A DNA stretch of 64,000 bases from Methanomicrobiales archaeon. Its GTDB lineage: Archaea > Halobacteriota > Methanomicrobia > Methanomicrobiales > JACTUA01. The stretch covers positions 2,251 to 66,250 of the forward strand of contig DATKMC010000028.1 in the NCBI GenBank assembly GCA_035542115.1, written 5' to 3'. The notes below the pieces were generated by a model that was given only the letters and a program-made list of their open reading frames with translations, was not told the DNA's origin and searched no databases. The position numbers were made by a program, and so were the translations under genes. Below are positions 54,830-63,925 of this stretch, piece after piece (the first letter of the stretch is position 1; the number at the start of each line of letters is the position of its first letter).

Positions 54830-55381
54830 CTACTTGTCCTTCCTGTCGAAAAAGATGTTCTTCCCCGACGCCTTGAGGGGGATCCCGAATGCCACCGTGC
54901 AGTTCTCGAGGAGCCCGAGGGCGAGGGCGGTGACCCCCGCCGAGTACATGACCCGGTTGTCCACGTTGTGGATCGAGGCGGTCTTCACCGCCGAGCCGAT
55001 GGCGATGCCGAGGTCGGCCATCCGAATGGCGCAGTTCGGCCCGGTGAAGAAGGTCCGGTTCCTCGTCGTATCGGCCATGAGCATCTCCGCACAGCTGGGG
55101 AACCCGCAGGCCCCGCAGTCGAGCCCCGCCGCCGGCTCCCTCCGCGTCCCGACGAGGAGGCAGGCGTCGCTCTCCCCCACGTTCCGTGCATCCCGGAGGA
55201 AGAACCGGATGCCCCTGTCCGTCCCGAGGGCGTCCATCCCCCGGGCGAGGGCCGCGAGCTCCTCCCCCATGAGGACCCGGGTGACGAGGGCGTCCTGCCC
55301 CTTCCCCTTCGGGGCGGTCCTCGCCGAGAGGGCCATGAGGCCGGCGACCGTCTCGACGGCGGACTTCTCAGTATAAGGCAT
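54830..55381 (-). CDS. DUF2148-type ferredoxin-domain protein
   Basis: TAPKGKG and the Cys motif GLDCGACGFPSC are typical of DUF2148/COG4739-like proteins. Start set at ATG 55381. Its stop is 8 nt upstream of the GHMP gene. Confidence 0.65.
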   Translation of the reverse strand: MPYTEKSAVETVAGLMALSARTAPKGKGQDALVTRVLMGEELAALARGMDALGTDRGIRFFLRDARNVGESDACLLVGTRREPAAGLDCGACGFPSCAEMLMADTTRNRTFFTGPNCAIRMADLGIAIGSAVKTASIHNVDNRVMYSAGVTALALGLLENCTVAFGIPLKASGKNIFFDRKDK

Positions 55382-55514
55382 AATGCCGGAACGTGGACGG
55401 GATGGGATATAAGGGTTTATCAATAGGGGCCGGACGGGAGAAATCCGGGGCTTTAGGAAGTTGCCCTCTGCTCACCTCGTGAGTGATCTGGTGACAATAT
55501 GGACGTCCCTGGGT

Positions 55515-55628
55515 GCTTCGCCTTCGGCTTGCCGCACCCTGATGGTTGCTCCATCCTCTGGGATAGGCATCCCCTCGGCCGCTCCCGCCGCTGTGGCGTC
55601 CCCGGCTGGGATAGGCCTGTCCGGGAGG
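55515..55628 (+). repeat. Intergenic GC-rich repeat, copy B (homologous to 12536-12640)
   Basis: See copy A: same orientation, about 75% identity by eye, with small indels (GATAGG insertions). Lies upstream of the DUF2148-GHMP pair. Confidence 0.75.
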
Positions 55629-55784
55629 GAATCTGTTCGACGGCTGCCGGAAAAACGGTTGAGGATCCATGGTTATGGAAGAACTCAGATCAATCGTCGG
55701 CTGAGTCCCCCCAAGAGCCTGACGAAGACAACGAATGGCCGGATTAACTATGAGCTCCATTCGTGGAAGATCTAAGATCCGTCG

Positions 55785-56216
55785 TCACGCCTTATACGCC
55801 ACGCCCTCGAACGTCGCGACGAGCCGCTCCCCCGACTTTACCTCGACGAGGATGTGGGAGTAGGTGTCGGTTTCCCCGATGAGCCGGGCGACGGCCTCGA
55901 GCCGCCCCTTCGCCGGGGTGAGGTAGTGGATGTGGACCGAGACCGCGACCTGCAGATCCTCGCCCCGGTTCGCCGCCGCGGCAAAGGCCTGGTCGGCGAG
56001 GGCGAAGATGGCCCCGCCGTGGGCGACCCCGAGGAAGTTCTCCTTCCCCGTGGTATCCATGGCGACCCTCGCCCAGCCAGGCCGGGCCTCGAGGATCTCC
56101 ATCCCGAGGAGCCGGGCGAAGGGGGAGGCCCCGAGGGCCTCGACCCGCTGCTCGCCGGTCATGGCCTCAGGACCTTTTCCGGCGTGTGCCCCCTTCTCCT
56201 TCCCGCTCCCCGTCAC
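55785..56216 (-). CDS. PaaI-family hotdog-fold thioesterase
   Basis: PFARLLGMEILE and GVAHGGAIFALADQAF motifs. About 125-143 aa depending on the start. Confidence 0.8.
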   Translation of the reverse strand: MTGSGKEKGAHAGKGPEAMTGEQRVEALGASPFARLLGMEILEARPGWARVAMDTTGKENFLGVAHGGAIFALADQAFAAAANRGEDLQVAVSVHIHYLTPAKGRLEAVARLIGETDTYSHILVEVKSGERLVATFEGVAYKA

Positions 56217-56235
56217 GAGGATCTCTCCCGGTGCT

Positions 56236-56937
56236 TCACTTCCCGTATTCCCTCCGGGAGTAGGAGTACTTCGAGCTCTCCCCGCCCTTCCACACGATAT
56301 AGAGCCACTGGTAGATGCTTTTCACCGTGCCGAACTGCTCGTACCGGCGCATGGAGAACCCGACCTGGACCTTCGGGTCGAAGAGGACCTTCCCGAACTG
56401 CTTCATCCGGAGGGAGATCTCGATGTCCTCGCCGGCGTCCATGGGCCGGTACATCCCCGCCCTGATGAAGGCGTCACGGTCCACGGCGGTGTTGCACCCG
56501 AGGGAGTAGTAGAGGGTCCGGGTATAGTAGCCGAGCCGGGCAAAGGTGTTCGCCATCCCGAGGGCGATGCGGTTCTTCAGGCCGCCCTCCAGGGGATAGA
56601 CCGTGCCGTACACCTCGACGGGGTGGTACCGGGCAAAGTCGTCCCGGATCCGGAGGAGCCAGTCCGGCGGGACCACGCAGTCGGCATCGGCGAAGGCCAC
56701 GATTTCCCCCTTCGCCCTCATGGCGCCGTCGTTCCGTGCCCCGCCGACCCGTGGGCTCGTCTGGACGAAGACGAGGTCGGCGAGGGGGGCCGCGAGCTCC
56801 CGGGTCCGGTCCGCCGAGTTCCCGTCTACGACGATAATCTCGTACTCGGAGCGGGGAATGGTCTGGCGGTTGAGGGACACGAGACAGGCGACGATGTTCT
56901 TCTCCTCGTTGAAGGTGGGCACCACGGCGGTTATCAT
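56236..56937 (-). CDS. Family 2 glycosyltransferase
   Basis: VVPTFNEEKNI, IIVVDGNSAD and FADADC (DxD) motifs. Confidence 0.85.
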   Translation of the reverse strand: MITAVVPTFNEEKNIVACLVSLNRQTIPRSEYEIIVVDGNSADRTRELAAPLADLVFVQTSPRVGGARNDGAMRAKGEIVAFADADCVVPPDWLLRIRDDFARYHPVEVYGTVYPLEGGLKNRIALGMANTFARLGYYTRTLYYSLGCNTAVDRDAFIRAGMYRPMDAGEDIEISLRMKQFGKVLFDPKVQVGFSMRRYEQFGTVKSIYQWLYIVWKGGESSKYSYSRREYGK

Positions 56938-57911
56938 GGCTCTGCGAGCCTCCGGTACAGCTTCGCGTGGGCCTCGGCAATAAGCCTGATGTCGAACTTC
57001 TCAGTGAACTCCCTCGCCTTCTCCCCCGAGAGCCTGAGCCTGTCCTTCGAGAGGACGAGATCCTGCGCCTCCTCCGGGGTGTCGAAGAAGGCCACGGCGT
57101 CCCCGAAGATCTCCCGGAGCTCGGGGATGCCCCGGGCGGCGACGGGGAGGCCGGAGGCGAGGGCCTCGAGGATGACGAGGCCGAAGGTCTCGGCCTTCGA
57201 GGGGAAGAAGAACAGGTCGGCGCCGGAGTACGCCTCGGTGACGTCGGGGACAAAGCCGGTGAAGACGACGTTCTCCGAGGCCTTCTTCTTTTCCCGCTCG
57301 ATCCGGGAGTAATCCTTGGAGAGCCGGCCGTAGGGGAACCCGCCGACCCAGACCCAGATGATGTCGGGGGTCCTCGCCGCGATATCGAGGAAGTCGTAGA
57401 TCCCCTTCCGGGGGGTCTGCTGGCCGAGGGTGAGGACCACGGTCTCGTCCTCGTCCACCCCCAGGGCATTCCGGAAGGCCCGCCGCTTACCCCCGTACCT
57501 CTGGAAGACCCGGCGGTCCACCCCGTTCGGGATCATGGTGGTCTCCATGCCGGGGAGCATCGCCCGGACCTCGCGGTCGCAGGGCTCCGAGACGGTGATG
57601 ATATGGTCAAAGCCCCGGTAGATGGGGGGGTAGAGCCGGTTGATGACCTCCTCGAGCCCGATGTTCCCCGTGTTCGTGTGCGGGGTGGAGTGGGCGGTGA
57701 GCACCGTCACCCCCTTCGTGTAGGTTCGGTACCCGATGGCGAGGGGCCCGAAGGTATGGAAGTGGGCAAGGTCCACCCCCCGGGCCATCGAGTTCCATGA
57801 AAGTTCGAGGTCGGCGTCCTTCGGCATATTCCGGTAGATGCTCCGGGCGGCGGTGGCGCAGCCGATGAACCTGAAGACCGAGAAGTCCTCGACGATGTAG
57901 TTGATCCTCAC
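56934..57911 (-). CDS. GT-B fold glycosyltransferase (GT4 / glycosyl transferases group 1)
   Basis: C-terminal FFFPSKAETFGLVILEALASGLPV (E-x7-E motif). GTG start at 57911 overlaps the upstream gene stop (GTGA). ATGA overlap with the GT2 gene. Confidence 0.85.
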   Translation of the reverse strand: MRINYIVEDFSVFRFIGCATAARSIYRNMPKDADLELSWNSMARGVDLAHFHTFGPLAIGYRTYTKGVTVLTAHSTPHTNTGNIGLEEVINRLYPPIYRGFDHIITVSEPCDREVRAMLPGMETTMIPNGVDRRVFQRYGGKRRAFRNALGVDEDETVVLTLGQQTPRKGIYDFLDIAARTPDIIWVWVGGFPYGRLSKDYSRIEREKKKASENVVFTGFVPDVTEAYSGADLFFFPSKAETFGLVILEALASGLPVAARGIPELREIFGDAVAFFDTPEEAQDLVLSKDRLRLSGEKAREFTEKFDIRLIAEAHAKLYRRLAEP

Positions 57912-59221
57912 CCGGCACCCTCCACGAAGTCCATGGCGCTCCGGATGACCCCGTCCATGTTCAGGTATTCGAACCGGGAGAACCGGCCCACGAGATCGAT
58001 CCCCTTCTCCTCGCAGAACTCCCGCACCACCCGGATCCGCTCCAGGTACCCGAGGTCGTACACCACGTAGGCGAAGGGGCTCCGGGCCACGGCGGTGTAC
58101 ACAACCCTCCGGGGATCGTCGAGAACCCCCATCTTCGAGAGTCCGCCGAGCACGTGTGAGACTATCTCGGCGTCGGGGGCCGAGAAAACCGTATCCCCCC
58201 TGTTGCAGGTGATCTCGGCAAGAATCGACGAGTGGCCCGGAGGGGAGACGGCGGGGCTGTAGTTCGACGGGAAGGAGATACGGTTGAAGAGGCCGATCTC
58301 CGGGGATGGCACGTATACCCACGAGTACGGGGGAACCTCCCCCGAGATGCCGATAAAGATGGAGAGGAGGGCGGTTGAGCGGAGTCCCCGGCACGCTTCA
58401 CGTACCGGTTCGGGGACATTCACCAGGCACTGGAGGAGAACGGGAAGGGGGATGGTGGAAACGACCCGGTCGGCCCGGAACTCCTTTCCTCCCGCGGTGA
58501 CGATGAATCCTTCCCCGATCCTCCTGACCGAGGTGACAGGGGAGTCTGTCGAGATGAACCGCTCCACCGGCTCGTCGATGGCCTTCACGAGGGCCTCGAT
58601 CCCCCCGGTCCGCGGGTAAGAGAAGATGGCCTGGTGGGTGTACCCCTCGGTCTCTATCCCGATGGCGGATTTGAGAACGTCCTCGACGGGGGGCCGGGGG
58701 ATCCTCCCCTCCACCCAGTGGGCCGACATCTCCTCGGGAGGGATCTTCCAGATCTTTTCGTTGTACGGGATAAGGTAGGACCCGGCGATACCCTTCCCGA
58801 AGGTCTGCTCCATCCACTCCCTGAAGTTCCGGGGCGGGGCGAACTCCCCCTTCTCTGCGGCGACGAGAGCCTTCACGAACTCCGAGATGCAGAAAAAGAG
58901 GTCCTCCTTCGGGAGGTCCGAGAGGCCGTTCTCGAAGGGGTACTTCACGTACCGGCCCTTGTAGAAGATCTTCGTCTGCCGGTCCCGGACCTCGCGGTTC
59001 TCCCCGAGGACCCGGTGCATGAACCCGAGGACCTCCTCGTCCCGGGAGAAGATGACATGGGACCCGCCGGTATCGAAGGTGAACCCTCCCTCCGTCCGTG
59101 ACCGGCAGAGGCCGCCCGGCTCCCGCTCCCGCTCGAAGACCCGGACCTTGTGCCCGCGTTCGTGGAGGAGACGGGCGAGGGTGACCCCGGCGAGGCCCCC
59201 GCCCAGGACAGCCCATCTCAC
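57908..59221 (-). CDS. FAD-dependent oxidoreductase, UDP-galactopyranose mutase-like (amine-oxidase fold)
   Basis: N-terminal VLGGGLAGV...EREREPGG dinucleotide fold. YNEKIWK...GRIPRP resembles the UGM YTEKQW...RIP region. First gene of a four-gene glyco cluster. Confidence 0.65.
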   Translation of the reverse strand: MRWAVLGGGLAGVTLARLLHERGHKVRVFEREREPGGLCRSRTEGGFTFDTGGSHVIFSRDEEVLGFMHRVLGENREVRDRQTKIFYKGRYVKYPFENGLSDLPKEDLFFCISEFVKALVAAEKGEFAPPRNFREWMEQTFGKGIAGSYLIPYNEKIWKIPPEEMSAHWVEGRIPRPPVEDVLKSAIGIETEGYTHQAIFSYPRTGGIEALVKAIDEPVERFISTDSPVTSVRRIGEGFIVTAGGKEFRADRVVSTIPLPVLLQCLVNVPEPVREACRGLRSTALLSIFIGISGEVPPYSWVYVPSPEIGLFNRISFPSNYSPAVSPPGHSSILAEITCNRGDTVFSAPDAEIVSHVLGGLSKMGVLDDPRRVVYTAVARSPFAYVVYDLGYLERIRVVREFCEEKGIDLVGRFSRFEYLNMDGVIRSAMDFVEGAG

Positions 59222-59379
59222 GCCCTGTACCTGTGCACCGATGCCATATATGGGTTATCGCCGCAGACCTGAACGATATATATGGTGGGTGACTCCTTCT
59301 GCGGACAGCGGGCTGGCGATTTTGATGGGTATATACGGTGGTTTTACTCTTGTTCCTTCGACTTCGTAATTGATTTCCA

Positions 59380-60786
59380 TCAGTCGGCTTTTACAACGTA
59401 CGGGTGGACCATCTTTTTCGGATCTACGACGCGATCGAATTCGGCTTCTGTGACAAAGCCAAATTTCAAGGCGGCTTCCTTGAGCGTGAGCTCATTGTCC
59501 AGCGCGTAGTGGGCAATCTTCGATGCTTTGTCATAGCCAATGACGGGTGAGAGTGCGGTCACGAGCATCAGGGAGCGGTCCACGTACTCCTTGATCTTCT
59601 TAAGATTCGGTTTCGTCCCTTCGACCAGGAACTTCCGGAAGTTTACGCAGCCATCACTCATGATCATGATGGAATGAGTGACGTTGAAGATAATCAGCGG
59701 CTTGTAGACGTTCATCTCAAGGTAGCCACCGGCATCGCCAAAGCCCACCGCTATGTCATTGGCCATCACCTGCACGGCGATCATGGTGAGCGCCTCGCAC
59801 TGGGTTGGATTGACCTTGCCCGGCATGATCGAGGAGCCCGGCTCGTTCTCCGGGATCGAGAGTTCCGCGAATCCGGCGCGCGGTCCGCATGACATCAGGC
59901 GAATGTCATTGGCAATCTTGTACAGCGACACGGCGAGGGTGCGAAGCGTTCCGGACAGCTGGACCAGCGCGTCGTGGGCGCCCTGCACCGCGAATTTGTT
60001 GGGCGCGGTAATAAAAGGGAGGCCGGTGAGCCCGGCGATCTCGGCTGCCGCCGCCTCGGCAAAGCCAGGTGCCGAGTTGATGCCCGTTCCCACAGCCGTG
60101 CCACCCAGGGCCAGGCGGTAAACCCCTTGCAGGGCTGCTTCGATCCGTTCCAGATCGTCTGTCAACATCCCGGCATACCCTGACCATTCCTGGCCTAATG
60201 TCAGCGGGGTGGCATCCTGCATGTGCGTCCGGCCGATCTTGACGATATCACTCCAGGCCTGTGCTTTCGCGCTCATCGCATCACGCAAGGCGGCCACTGC
60301 GGGAATCAGGCGCTGCTTCACACTGACGGCCGCCGCTATATGCATGGCCGACGGAAATGAGTCGTTCGACGACTGCGCCATGTTCACGTGATCGTTCGGG
60401 TGAACCGGCGCCTTGCTTCCGACTGGTGTGCCTGCAAGTTGACAGCACCGGTTGGAGATCACTTCGTTCACGTTCATGTTGAACTGGGTGCCGCTGCCCG
60501 TCATCCAGACATGCAAGGGGAACATGTCGTGATGCTGCCCGGCGAGGATTTCGTCGCAGGCCTGAACGATGAAATGGTAACGCTGATCGTCGAGCCGCTT
60601 TCCGGCGTGGTTTGCGGTGGCCGCGGCCTTCTTCAGGATGGCGTAAGCGGTGATCATTTCACGTGGAATCAAATCGCTGCCGATGCTAAAATGCTCAAGC
60701 GAGCGCTGGGTTTGAGCACCCCACAGTTTGTCCGCAGGCACTTCAACCACGCCGAGACTGTCGCTCTCTTTTCTCATGTTTGTCAT
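59380..60786 (-). CDS. fumC: Class II fumarate hydratase (bacterial FumC type)
   Basis: DSLG..VP...[19 protein letters not shown] and the signature [15 protein letters not shown]. 468 aa. GC roughly 50-60% in two sampled 60-nt windows, versus about 66% elsewhere. Confidence 0.9.
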   Translation of the reverse strand: MTNMRKESDSLGVVEVPADKLWGAQTQRSLEHFSIGSDLIPREMITAYAILKKAAATANHAGKRLDDQRYHFIVQACDEILAGQHHDMFPLHVWMTGSGTQFNMNVNEVISNRCCQLAGTPVGSKAPVHPNDHVNMAQSSNDSFPSAMHIAAAVSVKQRLIPAVAALRDAMSAKAQAWSDIVKIGRTHMQDATPLTLGQEWSGYAGMLTDDLERIEAALQGVYRLALGGTAVGTGINSAPGFAEAAAAEIAGLTGLPFITAPNKFAVQGAHDALVQLSGTLRTLAVSLYKIANDIRLMSCGPRAGFAELSIPENEPGSSIMPGKVNPTQCEALTMIAVQVMANDIAVGFGDAGGYLEMNVYKPLIIFNVTHSIMIMSDGCVNFRKFLVEGTKPNLKKIKEYVDRSLMLVTALSPVIGYDKASKIAHYALDNELTLKEAALKFGFVTEAEFDRVVDPKKMVHPYVVKAD

Positions 60787-61334
60787 GTGATCCCTCCTGT
60801 GTTCGATCGCTGCGGGCCGGATTCCCGTCAGCCTGATGTGAAGTCAGCATTTGTTTGCAGAGACATGTGGCTGATTATTGCCACCGATATTTATATGTGT
60901 GGAGGAGGCCGCCCTGCCTGTGGGTTTGGCCTTCGCTTCGCCCCGGCAGGATCCGCAGGCCAGATAGGGGATGATCGCCGCATGTCTGCGAGGAAATCCG
61001 GTTATAATACCTTTCCTGCGGAGGCCGCAGGGAGCATTGCTCCTTTGGGTTAAAGGCTCCCTCGGCGGAGTGCAACAGCGAGGATCCGCTCTCCGTTCCC
61101 GGGGATTTTTGTCTGAATGCGGACGCTCCCGGGCTGTCCCCCGAAAACGTTCAGAAGGTCTGAACAGCGGCATGAGTATTTGGATGCGGGCACCCCCCCC
61201 GGAGGGAGAAGGATGGACCCATGGCGAGGAGATTTGGTACCCTGGCCGGTAGCTTCGATTCCTGCAGGATACTGATCCTCCCTCGATGCTCCCGGGGCTT
61301 CGCCTCCGGCCCCCCCGATAAGCAGTCAGGGGTC

Positions 61335-61871
61335 TCAGAACAACAGGGTGAGGATCCCCTCTGCCGTGCCGAGGACCACGAGGCAGGCGATGAGCCAGCC
61401 GGTGAGCATGAGGAGGACCGCGCGGGGTCCCCGCCAGTTGAGGATCCAGGCGAGGATGGGAGTCCCGTACAGGCCGAGCCCAGGTACCCACATAAGGGCG
61501 ATGAGCGCGACTTCGCCGTAGGAATGCAGGGCCGGATGCTTATCCATGAGTTCCTTGACCTTCGCGATCTTACTCTTCAGCCATGCAGACTTCTCCGAGA
61601 AGATGTCACAGACCCGGTAGATCAGGAGGATGGCCCCCGCCGCCACCGACACGAGGAAGGGGATGAGGAGGTACACGGGTAACCCGAGGGCGATCCCCGC
61701 GGGCGGGGCTAACCCCTGGAGGAGGAGGATGGAGACGATGAACCCGAGGATCGCGGGGATGGAAAGGCCCCCCACGAGACCGATGACGAGGGGCAGGACG
61801 AGGAGGAGGACGGGGATAGCAACGAGGTCGGCATCGACTCCGCGGATCCAGCCGGTTTCGGGGAGCATCAT
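61335..61871 (-). CDS. Small multi-pass membrane protein (possibly COG2426 / small multidrug export-like)
   Basis: 178 aa with 4-5 hydrophobic helices and a central amphipathic segment (SEKSAWLKSKIAKVKELMDK). The family assignment is tentative. Confidence 0.45.
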   Translation of the reverse strand: MMLPETGWIRGVDADLVAIPVLLLVLPLVIGLVGGLSIPAILGFIVSILLLQGLAPPAGIALGLPVYLLIPFLVSVAAGAILLIYRVCDIFSEKSAWLKSKIAKVKELMDKHPALHSYGEVALIALMWVPGLGLYGTPILAWILNWRGPRAVLLMLTGWLIACLVVLGTAEGILTLLF

Positions 61872-61895
61872 AAAAAAAAGGTTCGCAGTTCCTCT

Positions 61896-62471
61896 TCACG
61901 CAGCCTTCATCTTCTTCATCTCGCCTTTCACCTGGAAGCCGATGTAGATGCCCAGGATGCCGTAGAGGATGGAGAAGAACCCGAGGTAGACGGCGACAAT
62001 GACCATGGCGCCGAGGCGCGGCAGGAAGAGGTAAATCCCACCGAGGATGACCGAGAGAGCACCCGTCAGGCAGAGCATGACCCGGTGACTGGTAAACTCG
62101 GGGTGGAATATTGCGATCGCGATTTCAATGAAACCGAAGAACATCATGAGGAGCGCAATGACCAGTGTCGCGGCCACCGCCGTGTTCCAGGGGAACAGGA
62201 TGGCGATAACCCCGAGGATCAGGCCCAGGAATCCCATCAAGATAAGTCCAACGGGCCGAATCGGTGTCGCGAAACCGAGGACAAGCGCCTGGACCGAGGC
62301 AATGATCAGGAGGATCCCGAAGAGGATAGTCGCGATCACCACTGCATAGTCAGGCCAGAGAAGGACCAGGATCCCGACGATGATTGCGAGGATTCCAACC
62401 AGGACGAATGAGCTCCATTTCACATGAGAAGTATCTGCACCTACTGTTTCTGTCATGAGAGAGACCTCCAA
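61896..62471 (-). CDS. HdeD/DUF308-family membrane protein
   Basis: Six helices with the repeated DUF308 pattern (GILAIIVGILVLLWP, GFLGLILGVIAILFP, GALSVILGGIYLFLP). TATA-like TTTATATATA (coding-strand sense) at 62494-62503. Confidence 0.7.
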   Translation of the reverse strand: MEVSLMTETVGADTSHVKWSSFVLVGILAIIVGILVLLWPDYAVVIATILFGILLIIASVQALVLGFATPIRPVGLILMGFLGLILGVIAILFPWNTAVAATLVIALLMMFFGFIEIAIAIFHPEFTSHRVMLCLTGALSVILGGIYLFLPRLGAMVIVAVYLGFFSILYGILGIYIGFQVKGEMKKMKAA

Positions 62472-62568
62472 AGACCACCTTCATTATCGTCTCTATATAT
62501 AAATACACCACATTCATATCGAGTAAATTGACTTGTTCTTCGTTGCATTCAAATCACCTTTTCTTCCT

Positions 62569-62598
62569 GGCAGGGTATGCAAGCCCGTTTTTGCATCC
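62569..62598. repeat. Short intergenic motif GGC(A)GGGTATGCAAGCC(C)G..TTTT, copy 1
   Basis: GGCAGGGTATGCAAGCCCGTTTTTGCATCC here versus GGCGGGTATGCAAGCCGGTTTTACG at 63323-63347. This copy can fold (ATGCAA/TTGCAT). Confidence 0.55.
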
Positions 62599-63245
62599 TA
62601 ATCCACCCCCTGCCCCTGGAATATCAGAGTCAGCACCAATCCGGCACCAAATCCGCCGATGTGTGCCATATATGCAACACCTGAGGTATCCGATGCACTC
62701 AAGATGGAACCAATTTGATCAAACCACTGCAAGACGATCCAGACCCCGATCACAAAAATTGCAGGCAACCGGGTTATCACCCAGCCCAGCACCACCGTGA
62801 CCTCCTTTGTCGGGAACAACACAAGGTATGCCGCGAGCACGCCGGCGATTGCTCCCGATGCTCCCAGGTTCGGGACATTTGATCCGGTATTGACCGCCAG
62901 CTGGGCGAACGTTGCGACGACGCCACAGATCAGGTAGAATACCAGGTACCGGAAATGCCCGAACCGGTCTTCCACATTATCCCCGAAGATTGCCAGGTAC
63001 AGCATATTGCCCCCGATGTGGAGCCACCCGGCATGCATGAACATCGATGTGAAGATGGTCAGCCACTGCCCGGCAGGATTGGCAAGGAAGCGGGTTGGAA
63101 CAAACGCCCAGGTCTCAATAAATGCATCACCCTGCATTAATTCAACGATAAAAAAGAGCACATTAAGTGCGATCAGGCCACCCGTGACATAAGGAACCAG
63201 CTTCTCTCCTCTGTTGTCGTCCCCGATTGGTAACACTCGATCCAC
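62598..63245 (-). CDS. Rhomboid-family intramembrane serine protease
   Basis: Catalytic GASGAIAGV and HIGGFGAGL motifs, plus the HxxxxHxxxN-like region HAGWLHIGGNM. Confidence 0.85.
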   Translation of the reverse strand: MDRVLPIGDDNRGEKLVPYVTGGLIALNVLFFIVELMQGDAFIETWAFVPTRFLANPAGQWLTIFTSMFMHAGWLHIGGNMLYLAIFGDNVEDRFGHFRYLVFYLICGVVATFAQLAVNTGSNVPNLGASGAIAGVLAAYLVLFPTKEVTVVLGWVITRLPAIFVIGVWIVLQWFDQIGSILSASDTSGVAYMAHIGGFGAGLVLTLIFQGQGVD

Positions 63246-63322
63246 TTCTCCTGATGGAAAACCTCCGCTGTTGCGGAAAACATGCCCTAATGCAGCATTT
63301 GACTATAAAAAATATTCGATAT

Positions 63323-63347
63323 GGCGGGTATGCAAGCCGGTTTTACG
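63323..63347. repeat. Short intergenic motif GGCGGGTATGCAAGCCGGTTTT, copy 2
   Basis: Matches 62569-62598 at about 22 of 25 positions. A weaker third match, CAGGTATGCATA, lies at about 63974-63985. Confidence 0.5.
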
Positions 63348-63472
63348 TTAAGCGGAACCCGCAGCGGATATGGTTCCATACACTGGCGATATCAGACTAA
63401 GGAATTACATTATCCCTCGCAATGTAATCATGAAAGAATACACTTGTTAAGGAGAACCAGAAAAGGGGGTTT

Positions 63473-63925
63473 TCAGGAGTAAGTCGCAAATAACCTTTGT
63501 TTTTGCCACCTGAGCATAACATAGAGTGCAATGATGCCTACAACGGTGAGCATTATGGCTATTCCCAACAACCATTTTGCAATTACAAAATCCTCTTTCA
63601 TATGGCTGAAGTATGAAGTCATTAATGATATCAAAATTCCATCGATGGGTATCGATGCATATTCCGCCGGGATATGTGCGATTGATATATCCGGTTTTCT
63701 TATAACGATTATTGAGAAGACAGCGGCCAAAGTTGCCAACGTGATAGAATTGATGGTGATACAGATGCTTGACAGTTCCTGAATCATTCCAGCATGGGTC
63801 TCAAATGTAATATCCGGGTTGGTAATAATCTGGAAAGCGGTTGTCGCCGCAAGTAGTATCCAGAATACAATGAAGAGAATCGATCCCCAGTGTTTCCCGT
63901 TTTCAGGGTTCTCCTTTGCCTGCAT
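63473..63925 (-). CDS. Hypothetical 4-TM membrane protein in a low-GC segment
   Basis: 150-aa ORF with four hydrophobic helices. About 40% GC, far below the window average. No family recognised. Confidence 0.45.
   Translation of the reverse strand: MQAKENPENGKHWGSILFIVFWILLAATTAFQIITNPDITFETHAGMIQELSSICITINSITLATLAAVFSIIVIRKPDISIAHIPAEYASIPIDGILISLMTSYFSHMKEDFVIAKWLLGIAIMLTVVGIIALYVMLRWQKQRLFATYS

Noticed and set aside
60388-61053. 221-aa + strand ORF spanning the fumC 5' end and its upstream region.
   Set aside because: Antisense to the fumC N-terminus, with no family similarity and compositional noise.
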